Positions 50,501 through 62,500 of a DNA stretch of 64,000 bases are shown in pieces. Position numbers and translations under genes: made by a program. Location: positions 11,821,105 through 11,885,104 of the forward strand of contig CAJINV010000003.1 in the NCBI GenBank assembly GCA_905178155.1, given 5' to 3'. This DNA is from Amoebophrya sp. A120 (Eukaryota > Protista > Dinoflagellata). Below the pieces are notes generated by a model, which saw nothing but the letters and a program-made list of their open reading frames with translations, had not been told where the DNA came from and ran no database searches. Each line of letters starts with the position of its first letter. The first letter of the stretch is position 1.

Positions 50501-53500
50501 CAGATGAAAAAAACCTGGGATAATTTGCTAGTTCCCGCCAAAATCCCGGACCGAAAAGTCCTCCCCAACCTGGCGCCGGAAAACATCCGCAAGAAGCTCC
50601 GGCGGGCCTTTCAACACTTCCGGGAGGCGGCGGACTCGCAAGCGCCGCGATTCGACCACTGGCAGGCGATGTTCTTTTATGCAGTGCAAATACTGATCTG
50701 GGCTTGGGCAGCTACTGGAAGAGCTGCTGACACGCTTGTCATGCATTTCTTGGATCTGCGAGAAGGTGGGCTGGAATTATGCACGCAGAGCACGGCAAGA
50801 TGATCCGCGGAGTCTCGTCCATTTCCCTTGGCCTGCATGAGAGACGCCTTCTTCGGCTGACAAAAAGCGCACACATTTTGTTCTTGCCTACTTTATGCAA
50901 CTCAGGTTTTTGTCGACTTCTCATTCTCCAGACGCAGTCGTAGCATCACAAGTCGGAGTTTTCCAGACGTCCAGGAATATTTGCAATTATGCATATATTT
51001 TCGAACGATGCCGCGTGGGACGAACCGATCGAGGATCGGGCGACCTGTAGCTACACCCGGATGATGAGCACTTTGCCCGTGTTGAAGCCAAGTGAGCAGA
51101 ACATGGACCCTTTTCTATGAGACGAGTCCACAAGAACAACTCCCCTCCGCTCCTTCATTACTTCTAGCAGGGCATGAACAGCTGCAATAGAAAGAAAGAC
51201 GAACGAACCTGGTGCCTGCGCATCGCAAGTTCGTCCGCCAGGCTCCTTCCAGAGCTGGTGCTGCAACCTCCGCCACAAGGCAGCAACGGGATTTTGCATT
51301 TAGCGGGACAGGAAACGAGGGGGGGCGGAATTGTGCACTCGCATACGATTTCCGCGAAGTCTACACCGCGGAAGAGCAACAGGCAAAGGAGGCCGAGGCC
51401 ATAAAAAACCAGGACACGGAGGTCCGGGGTGGAAACAGTTTCTGTTTCGGCGCCATCTTGCCGGACGATTATTGGCGCGACCCGGTGTGTATCCTGTGCA
51501 AGAGTATAATTATCGTACCCCCAGCACACTAATTGCAGTACGTTTTTAAGTACTTAATTTTGCATCCCAATAAATCGGTTCTTTTTTCCGGAGTCCGCAT
51601 GTTAACTTGAAGTTTTTCTTCTCCTGCAATTTGTACTACTGCGATATTGATGGTCCTTATCTTTTGCAATGCATAGCGAGCCAGATGCGGGAGCTACGGG
51701 AGGGAGAATGGGAAAGCATGTGCGACTCGTACAAAAAGTTCCACTCCCTCTGGATGCACGACCTGGACACCGCGGCGAGTGCCATCAGTATTGTCCAACT
51801 CCAGGCACTGAACAAGGCGAGGGATTACGCTAAACAGGTGAAGGGCTGGCAGGACAAGAAAAACCTGGTGAAGGTCGATTTCAGCGAGGTGCCGGTGCTG
51901 CAACAGAAGAAGGCCCCGCGGAAGGGAAAAAGTGGAAGTGCAGGAAATAGTGGCCGCGACATGGATGAAGATCAGGCACTGAGCCTCCGCACCCGCTGGT
52001 CCCGAAGTTTGGAGCGAGTGCAGCAGAGAAAAGCGAAGTTCATGGCGGGGTTCAAAAATTTCAAGAAGTGGGCCACCGTTTTCAACGACTGCAAAGAGGA
52101 CTACGTGCAGGATCTGCGGTCGGCGAGTCAGACCTTCAGCCGGATTTTCGAAAAGCAGCAGTGTGGGATTCCGGAGGATGACAGCAGTGGGCCGTCCGCC
52201 ACGGCGCAGGGCGGCACGAGTGCCGTGGAGGGAGGGAAGAAAGTGGAAGCGTCGGTTATGACGTGCTCAGAAAGATGTTACAATCTCAACTGTTACAATA
52301 AGATCTGGATTTTGTCTTGCATGAACAGCGTGCGGAACATACAGAGCCCCCTTGCGCTTTGCGCAGTACAAATTTCGCCGGACGATAATTCTAGTGCAGT
52401 TTTAGGGCTCCTGAACTTGTCATGTGCATGTCTATAAGTGCACCTGTTGCATCATAAATCTTCTTTGTTTTATCAATGTTGCCAGTTACTAGAGAGATTG
52501 TAACACCTGAGTCGGCTATATCGGTGTTGAACGACCTTCGCAAGGACGCGGAAGAGAAGAAGTCGGAGAAGTTTCTGGCATTAATGAAGCGGATCGAGAA
52601 CAAGGAAATGCCGAGTGAACATGACCCCGAGGCGCTGCTGGGTCGGTGGAAGCAGATGGAAAGGGATAACGAACAGGATATCAAGGAAAGGTTCCGCGCG
52701 AAGGTGCTGACCCCGATGAAGCAGCAGTGCCAGGAACTCCTCGGAGGCATTGCCGCAGCGACCACCGATAAGAAGGAGGCGAGGAGGAAGCTGCGCGCTT
52801 CCCGGCAAAGTAGCAGTTCATCGTCGTTTCTAGAAATTGAGAAAGAGTCCGTAGTGGCGGATCTGGATACGGTGCCATCATCTCCAGGAGAAAATACAAA
52901 TGAAAATGACGCTGCTGCAGGAGGTGCTCTTCCAGCTCCCCCTTCCGCGCCAGCACAGGACCCGACTGGAGAGGGCGACGGCGCGAGTCCCACTCCTACC
53001 GGTGAAGTGGATGAGTTTTCCTCGGGGTCGGGAAGAAGCAAGGCGAAGAACGCGGTGGACAAGGTTGCGGAGGAAGCAAAACTGACGGCGATTCCCGAAG
53101 GGGTGGAGCGGGGGATGGCGCACGTGATTAAATGGCAGCGGTACTTGCTCCACAACGGCGTCAACTTTGACCAGAAAGAGACCGACGTGGCTCCTTTGGG
53201 CGCGGAAGATCCTTGCGAGGTGGTTCCGCCGGAGGCGACCGAAGTTGCCTCGGACGACGACGGGGATTCATCGGGCTCCCGCGGCCCCACCGTCCGGTGG
53301 AGCGTGCGGGTGCTCCGCGATCTGCAGTCGGCCAGCCGGAAGGTGTTTCGGAACTGCTGCGGCAAAGTCGTCAGCAGCGTGCAGATTCTGATGCAGAACC
53401 CCACCAAGTCGGTCGACGACGTGCTAGGGGAGCACTGTGCCACCCTGGAGAAGGAGATCACGAAATATCCAGGAAAAAACACCCATCCCCATCCAATTTG

Positions 53501-56500
53501 TCATGCAAAACACGTATAAAATCCTGTGTTTGTCATGCAAAAAATGGATGTGGATGGGTTTTTTTCTGTGGATACGAAAACCCGGAAAACGCCGGCCGGA
53601 CTCGAGGAAATGGAGCGGCGGTTCGCAGAGGAAGTGGTGAAGCTGTATCAAAAGAAAAATTCCCCCCTCGCCATATCGAAATGGAAATCTGTGATGCGGG
53701 ACATGTGTATACATATCAAATTTGTCTAGCAGTAGAGGACTGCAGACAGATACAAAGCCGGACTATGGATGCTTTGGTGTAGGCGCCTAGCAAGGCAGGC
53801 ATATCCTCCGTAGGCCATACAGCATTACAAATTGCCTGCAGAACGCGGCGGGGTTTTTGGATTTGCCTTCTAGCAATACAGAGGCGACTTGTGGCCTCGC
53901 ATCAGCATCACAAATTTTGAGAAGTGTCCCGTTTTGGTATGGGGGGAGGGAGGATTCATTTTTCCTCACAATAAGCTGTCGGAATTGGAGGCCAAGGCAA
54001 GCGAGGTGATGAAGTCCGTGGACCGGTCGGTTGCGCCGGAGGACGAGTATACCAAACTCCTGAGTGGCGGGGGCGACGAGGAAGCAGAGCGGGAGCGGCG
54101 AAAGGCGAAGCGCGGGAATTGCGCGTTGCTCCGGGGGGAGCTGCGATTGACCTACGACCTGATGAGCGATGTCGCCGGCCCCCTGCACCGGGGCGCCGTG
54201 AAGGCGATAGCCTTTCGGAAGAGTCCGCCCAAGGCCGTCGTTCTGGCGTACCCGAGCGAAGTGAACGAGAGAGCGGCGGACGCCGAGGAGGCGGCGGGGC
54301 TGGAAGCCGCGGAAGGGACGGAAGCGCCTGCGACGGCGGCGGAGAGTGGCGGGAAAACGAGTGCTGCGCCGGCGGGGGCGGAGAAAAAGCAATCTTTTGT
54401 CGAGCTGACCGAGGAGGAGAAACTGGAGCAGCTGGAGCTTGAAACAGAGGCATTTTCCTCTCTGCAAGAGGGGGTCGGCGAAACCACGGGCCTGTCCGCA
54501 ACCAACGCGCTGATGGTCGTGCACCCGACGAGATTGCGCTCCTTTGTGCTGGAGTGCCGGCGACTGGACCGGTTGCTGGAAGATTTGAAGTACCGCACGG
54601 GGGAAATGAAGAAGGTCCAGGAGGTATTGTGAGTAAAAACAGTCTTGCCACGACCCCCAAGTTGTCATGCGATTGCGCATGACTAAAATGCTTCTCATGC
54701 GCAGCCCCACGAGGAGCAAGATCATAATGCTCGTACCCGTGGGAGCTTGCTTGTCATGCTGCAATCAGCATAAGATGATCGATTTGTGAAGATGCGGCTT
54801 GCCAGGCTAAACACCAGTGTAAGAGGACTGCGAGTCCGAAGTAGAGCCTTTCATGCACAACAGCCAAATGAACTTATTGATTTGTATAGCGAAGCGTTAA
54901 GTCCATCTTCTTGACGCTTGACTCGTGTGGGCCCCGTTTTTACACAGGATAGGAGGAGAAAGCGAAAACAGGGGAGGAGCAGAAGAGCTTTACAGTCGTT
55001 GACCACCACCTGGACCAGGCGGGAAAGAAGCAAGGTGAGCTGTGTATCACACAGATGAAAAAAGCTAGCACATCACATTTGTACAATTGTGCAAAAATAA
55101 GTACAGCAGCGCAGACACGACGTACTCTGTTACGGACGAGCTTCCCGTGATATGGTTTATTTGTAGCATGCGCATAGAACACTGGTGGTTTTTGTGTGCT
55201 GATTTGTAGTTTTTGCAATGCAAGAACTATGCCGCGCTACTAGCTTTTATCTCTGGGTCGATACTGTGGAGGGACTCTGTGAAGCACTGGGCGGATAAAG
55301 CGATGGAGTTTCGGACCCAGATGTTGCAGGACATGGGCCAGACGTTCGATAAGTTAAAGAACCTCCCCCCACCCAAAGCCGCCGCGGTCGACGAGGCGGC
55401 AAAAGACTGGCCGGCGGAGGAGCCGCCCGTGCCGAACGAAAAGAAAGCTCCGGCCAGGTTTGTGCGGATAAAGTCCGGCACGTTCACCACTTCAATCGAG
55501 CCGAAAAACATCGGAATCGAGGCGCTGCGGCTGCTAGACCGGTTGCACGAGCTGGGGCGCGCGTGGCGGGCGCACAACCCCGTGGGGTTCGAAACTTCCG
55601 TTGACAGCACGACCTCGGTCGGCGGCGCCTTCTACAATTTGAAGCAGGGCCTGCGGCGGCAGACCGGCAACACGATGGCGCTCGCGGTGCCGGACTTGAC
55701 GGTGGATGCGCTCCAGTCCTACTGGAACGGCCACGCCCCGAAGAAAGCGGACCAGACCCCCGCGGACAAGGACGTGGAGGGCTGGGTGGGGGCCAGCGGC
55801 ACGAGCGCAAGCGCCACCGAGCTGGGGAAAAAAGCGACCGCGATTGACGCAAAGTGGAAGGAAATTAGCAAGTGGACCTTTGACCACGCGCAAGCCGCGT
55901 ACAACGACTTGGTGGAACTGAGCAACGACGACACAAAAAAGCTGCAAGCGGTGTTTATCAAATGCAAATATCTTGTTCGATGGTCTGGGTCGGGAAGATT
56001 GCATAAGACTTGTCGGGCAGGTTTATTTCGATGAGCCGTCCTCAGGTCGTGTGGCATGTAGGACGTAGCATGACAGATCACTCTGTGAGATCTGTATCAT
56101 GCCCCTCCTCCATGAGAAACTTTGTCTAAACTCAGTCGAAAGTGGACGACTATAGTTGGCACACTCCTAAAGCACAGATTTTTGCACGACCCAGAGGACT
56201 TAGCATGACAGGTTGCAATGTAATATTTCCAGACCCAGATCGATATTTGCGTTTGATAGTGTTGGCCGGCGTGCAAAAAGCGAAGGAAACCAGGTCTAGC
56301 TTCTTCGGCACCGCCATTGACATTGACAGCATCGTGAAACGGAAGGCCGCGCTGGACGAATATCAAATGCAAATATGTCTCGGTCTGGAAAGATGCAAGG
56401 TTTGTCATGCTTGTCTGGCATGACTGATGCGTGTCCAAGACGAGATTCTTTTGCTTGTCATGCAAAAAGCAGTTGGTCATGCTGAAAGCGCAACACTATG

Positions 56501-59500
56501 CCGCGCAGATATTTCTCATGCTTGGCCGTGCATTACAGAGAGTTCACTATTCACAACTCAGCATTACAAGTTTCCAGACCCAGACAACATATTTGCATTT
56601 GATAACGAACTGGAGAAAACAATGCGGACCCCCCGGCTGGACGAGCTGAAAACCATGAAACAGTTCGGTTTGATATCCTGAGCAAAAACGATCCCACCCC
56701 ATAGTCAAAATGGGAAATCTGCTACACAAATTGGCCAGCTTTGGTTGTTGCGCATGACAAGTTTGGCTTTGCAGTGTAGTCCTGTTTAGCTTGTTCAGTA
56801 GCGTCACAGCTCTAGCCTATTATGCAGATTGGAGCACTACAAACCCGAAAACACAGCTAGGGCATGCGTGTCGTGGGGCTCCGCATAAGAAACATCTTGA
56901 GCATGCAGATACGCACGAATGGTCCAGCCTCCCCTGTCCGGGTGGGGTTGCGGCTTAAGGGAGAGTCTCGCCCCTTAGCCCAAAGGGGTTACGTCGTCTC
57001 TTCCGTGAGAACAAAAACTTATGGCGTAAAATGGGTCGGGTCCTGGATCGTTCTGTATGTTGGGCTGTCGCGCTCGGCTAGCTGGCTGGGCTGTACTGAT
57101 CAGGTGTGGTGGGTAGCTCCCGACTGGTTGGCACTTTTCTTGGGGCGACTTGCCGTGGTAGCGCTCGGCTATTGTATGATGAGGTCGCCGAAAGTGCTTC
57201 CTCGCCCACCCCCCGGGGAGGGGATCCTTGACCTGTGGCGCTGGGAGCGGGTGTCCACATCATGATGATGATGACGCACGACAGCTATGGAGTGGGGACG
57301 TTTTTACATAGCAGATTTGATCACTTCTGCGGAGGCCGAGGCTTTTTTCGACCGTTTCCAGGACGTTTTTCTCGGGAAGGACTTTCTCGATTATCGCACC
57401 ACCGTTGCGGGTAGCTACACCGCCGACAGCGGCCAGCGAATGGAGAAGTTTTATGCCCGGCCGACCTACGTAGCCACCTACCCCGCGACGCAGGTGCCGA
57501 AGCAGATGCTGCTCGTGGGAACGGGGTACGGGAAGGGTGGGCAGGAAACCGGAAACGCGCTCATGAAGCTGGGGAGGAAGTTGCTAGCCACCAGCACGGA
57601 ATTAGAAGGCGAGCCGGTCTATCCCTAGCGAGAACGTCCTCACTTCATCATCTCCCGAGTCAACTACAGCGTGAAACTTTTCTTGCTACACAAATCAACA
57701 ACTTTTGGCTGTTGCGCACGACGCAATCCAATCTTCTTGTCCAGCTGTAGCAGTCGCATCGCAAATCTATCCTCTTTTATATCCTGATTCTAGCATGAGA
57801 ACAAGCTCCTCTGAGACATAGCACAATACAAATTTCTTGTCCTGTTGTGGCTGCGCATGAGAAACATTTTAGTTGTGCAGTGATTTGCATGCCTCCATTG
57901 GGGACGTTTTTACTCAGGATAAGGTGGGCGACTTGTTCTTGCGCCTCGCGCGGTTGCGCATGGACATCCAGGCGCAGAAGGCGGACCTGTACCAAGTTAC
58001 CCCGTGCAAAAGTATCGTGGGTGCTCGGGCAAGTTATTTTTGCATGCCGGAACAATGACAGACGTGGTTCCTGTACCTGAAGCTCCTGCGTGACAATAAA
58101 TCTATCTTTCTCTTTGTCATGGAATTTACACTAGTACTACGATGCTTTTGAAATGCATACAGCACATGGCGAATTGGATGACAGGGTACGTTAGGGCTCC
58201 GAAGGACGTCGAAGACGAAGAATCTGCTTCCACCGGCGCGAGCTTTTTGCAGCAACAGACAAAGAAGAATCCGCATGAGGTAGAAGTTCCAGCGGTCCTG
58301 CACCAGGTTTCAACAACATCTGCAGGACGAGGACCTCAACATCCCCCTCCGCATGTAGTGTCTGAAGAGCAAGATCCTGCGGCGTCATCAACAGCAGACG
58401 TAGTCCGCCGACCTGCAGGAGGGCGAGCCAGTGTAGTCGCCGCGAATGAGAATTCGTTCCTAGCCCTTGAAGAAAAAAAAATGTTTTCCAGTAGTACAAA
58501 AACACCTGCTCAGAGTGCCGCGGACAAAGTGACACTGCTGAAAGCCACTTCCGCGATTCTGAACGATTGGAATGCTGGGTTGGCACAGGAAACCGAGGAC
58601 GGTCTGGGAAAAGTGGAGGGTCTGGTGGCAGAAGACATCGAGAAGATGGTCAACGGCGACGGATTTTCCCTCGGCATTTCCCCCAGAACCGATATCGAGC
58701 GGGACATTCGGAAGTTTTCGCTGGATGCGGGCGACTTACGGGAGTTGCGGCTGCTGTTCATTTATGGATTGCAAATATGTCTGGGTCTGGAAATTTGTAA
58801 TGCTAAAAGTGAATGATAAACGCACTGCAATACGCAGCTATGCATGACAATTTTTTTGGCTGCCATGTCTTACGTATTCCGCATGGCAAACTGCGTTTTT
58901 GCATGACAGGTAAGAGGGCCTTTTCGTGGCTATGCAACACAGATTCTCGAGTCATGCCAGACAAGCATGACAAACTTGCATTCTTCCAGACCCAGACATT
59001 TTTGCATTTGATATCATTCCCGTTTTGCAGTTCCTCACTGCAGCGTCGATTCAGCACGGGTACGTGGAGCACCTGCAGCTCGAGAGAAGCCGGGGCGGCT
59101 TCCGATATGCATTGCAAATATTTGGGAGGGCGTCTAGAGGAGCAAGAGTGACAGTTGTATTTTTGCTAGATCTGGATCTTCACACATGTATTTGTTGCAT
59201 GAACTACGCCAAAAGTTAGTTGCCCACGACTTCTTGCTTACGCAAAGCGGGAACTATTTCTCATGCGAGAGAGGCATGAAGAGCAAGAAGCTTTCGCGAA
59301 TAGAAGATCTGTAATTCTTTTGTGTGCATTCCAGACCGTCTGTGTTGTAATTCAAAAGATGTACTATGGCAAACAAATGCTGCAGTGCCCCCCAGACATC
59401 ATATTTGCAGTTGATATCCCAGACTATTTAAGGAACCTGGCGAAGTCCGGCGCCTCGGACAAAACAGAATCGGGGGAGAAGGCGGAGGTTTTGTCCGATT

Positions 59501-62500
59501 TGGAAAAGAAAATCCAAACCATTTATCCGGGCTGCAACAGTGGAGACCAAGGAGGTGGCGATACTGCTAGCACTGCCGCGCCTCCCGGCGCCACCCCGCC
59601 GGGGCAAGTGCCGAGAAAGCGGAAGCCGCCGTGTCTCGTCTATCAAAATGAAAAATCCCCCCTCCCCATATCGAGCCGGAAAGTTCTGTTGCTGGATTTG
59701 TGTACACAAATTAGCTCTGTCTTGCAGTGGAGGACGGCAGGCCCATATCATGCCAATTTAGAGAGGTTTTGGCCTAGGCAATTAGCATGAGGGATGTCTA
59801 TGCTGTAGGCCCAACAGCATTACAAACCGCCTGCATAATGGGGCGGAGCATATGCCGTTGCTTTCTTGCAAGGCACACGCGATTTGTGGTCACAAATCAG
59901 CATCACAAATTCTCTGAGCCGCGGAGGCTTGCCTCCCCAGCGATGCTGGACAAAGGCAATGTCGGCGCGGTTGTTTTAGCATCACAAGTTCTCTGAGGCG
60001 TGCCTTTTCGATATGGGGAAGGGGGATTTTTCTTTACGATATCGTTGCGGGGGGAAACACGGAACTGCCGCTCCAGTTGATGGAGTCCTACGCAATGCAA
60101 AAGCATATCGTACTAGTACTACTTGCATTAAAAATTTTCTCAAGAACAAAAGTGCAATTTTTCGTGCTAGCTCAGGTAGAGAGATCGACCTGTAATGCAG
60201 GACTGCGATTTAGATTTTCGTATACGACGAGCGCGATACTGCTTTTTCAGATGATAAATTCTCCAAGGGCGACGCGGAAATGCTCAAGGACCTCCTGCTA
60301 GATGCCGCGAAGGCACGCAGCGTGGGTCCCTTACAGCAGGACCTGACGGGTATTTTTCAGAACATCGAGCGCGTGAGCCGGGAGGTGAAGGAAGTCTGGA
60401 AGTCCTCCGACCCGGTCATCGCCCCGGAGTTTGTCAAGGCGACCGCGGATAGCGCCCTGGAGCTGCGGGGCACGGCTTTGTACAATTTGGACGACCTGGC
60501 GGCAGTGCAAACCAAGACCCAGGACCTGGTCGCCTGGTTCGACCGGGCGGAGGCGCTGACCCAGAAAATGGTGGATATCAAATGCAAAAATGTCTTGGTC
60601 TGGAAGATTCTGAGACTTGTGATGCACGTCTTGCATGAGCCATGATGTCTGTGATGCACGCCCTAGCATCACAGATTTTTGAGGGCACCTGGATGCTTAT
60701 TCCGCATGACAAATGCCCTATCCTTGTAGCAAAAATTATACTCCTTTTGCTACTCATGCAATACAGATTTTTTTGGAATCCAAATGCAGCATCACAAGTT
60801 GCATTCTTCCAGACCCAGACATTTTTGCAATCCATAGTGCAAAAAGAGGCAAAAATCGGGGGCGCTTCGGTGCTTGGGATCTTCGGGGGGGCGAGTGGGG
60901 GGCCGGACGCGCTCGCGACCTTCATATGCATTTCGCAAACATGTGGTCAACATCTGGGTCTCGTCTCCTGGGTCTCCTGGCATAAAGTTCTGTTGCTGAA
61001 GATACTCGCTTTTATCTTCGTACTACAGATGATCTTTAAAAACCGTAGTACGTGAGATCTGTCGCCTAACAAATCCAGACCGCCCAGATCGATGTTTGCA
61101 AAAGTGCATACTTCAACAAGGCGTACGACAACGCGCAGGCGTTTAACGTGAACCCGCTGCTGGCAGACCGGCTGAAGATGAAAAAGGTCAACGTCGCTGA
61201 GTACGCGCAGCACGACGTGGAGTTTGCGCGCAATCTGCAGGCCGCCGTGCACCGGAGGAGCAAGGACTACTTGGAGCGACTGTACCACGGTCCGCCCGTG
61301 AGGCCCGCGAGCGGAGACGAGGGCTACTGGTCGGAGCCCGAGGTTCGGACCACGCGGGTGTCCCTGAAACAGAACCTGATGCAACGCAGAGAAGCGACGT
61401 CGCAGGAGCGGGAGGGCTTGAAGGACGGGAGCCGGATTGAGGAGCTCTACTCGCTCGCGGCGGGGGCGCTCCCCGAGTTTTGTATCGCCTTTCCCCGGAA
61501 GGCGGACAACGACGGCAGCTGTCAGAGCAAGCTATGCATTTTTGCAAAAGCATCGGTCTTCTACTACGCATTGCATGACAAATATATTTTCCGTAAGCAA
61601 AAAAGGAATTCGTCATGCAGGTTATCCGGTATTCGCACGCAGACCTGTGATGTTGCCAGACTGCAATTCGTACGAAAGCGATCATGCCTTTGCAGCTGAT
61701 AGAAGCAGCTCCGGTACGATTACGAGAAACAGAAAATGGCCGTCGACGCGGATTTGAAAGAAGTGCGGGGCAAAATCGCGGTGGGGCCCAGCGACGAGAC
61801 CAACCAGATTGAAGGGAAGCTGCAGAAAGCCTTCGCCCGGTACGACGTGCTGCGCAAGGCTTTTGCCACGAAACTGGTCGCGTTCGCAAAGACCGCGTGG
61901 ACTGCCCTGAGCACGTTTGACACCAACGCCGGCATGGCAGGGCCGTCGTCGTTTGTGCAAACAGGTAGAGACCAACCACATGGTCTCCGGAGTAAAAAGA
62001 AAGCAACGGAGCAGCTGGCGCACGGTGAACAACTGCGCTTTGACGACCCTTCTGACCGTTCTGATTTGAAACTACTTGGGTCGTCCACCACTTCCGGCAG
62101 CGCTTCCCCTCGTCCTGCCGGGGCCTTGCAAAAGGAGGAACGGGTCGTGGAGCTGCGAAAATCTGACGACCGAAAACAAGGTCCGCCCCCTCATAGGGAC
62201 CTGTTCACCGTCGCGGCGGGCTTGCTACAAATGGCGAACGTGGAGCAGAAGGTCATGCTGAATTATTACGACCACACGGACGTGGGACTGTCCACCGAGA
62301 TGGAGGCAAAAGGCAACGAGTTGTTGCAGGACCCGTTGCAGCTGCACCCGTTTGCCTACAACAACCGGAACACGGCCACGACAACCGTCGGCGCCGCCTT
62401 TGTCACCGTGCCGACGGACCCCCAGACGCAGGTGGAGCCCGCGGAAGACATGACGTCGAGGACGCGGGCTTGGAAGAAGTGGAAGCAGGACACGCTGCAG

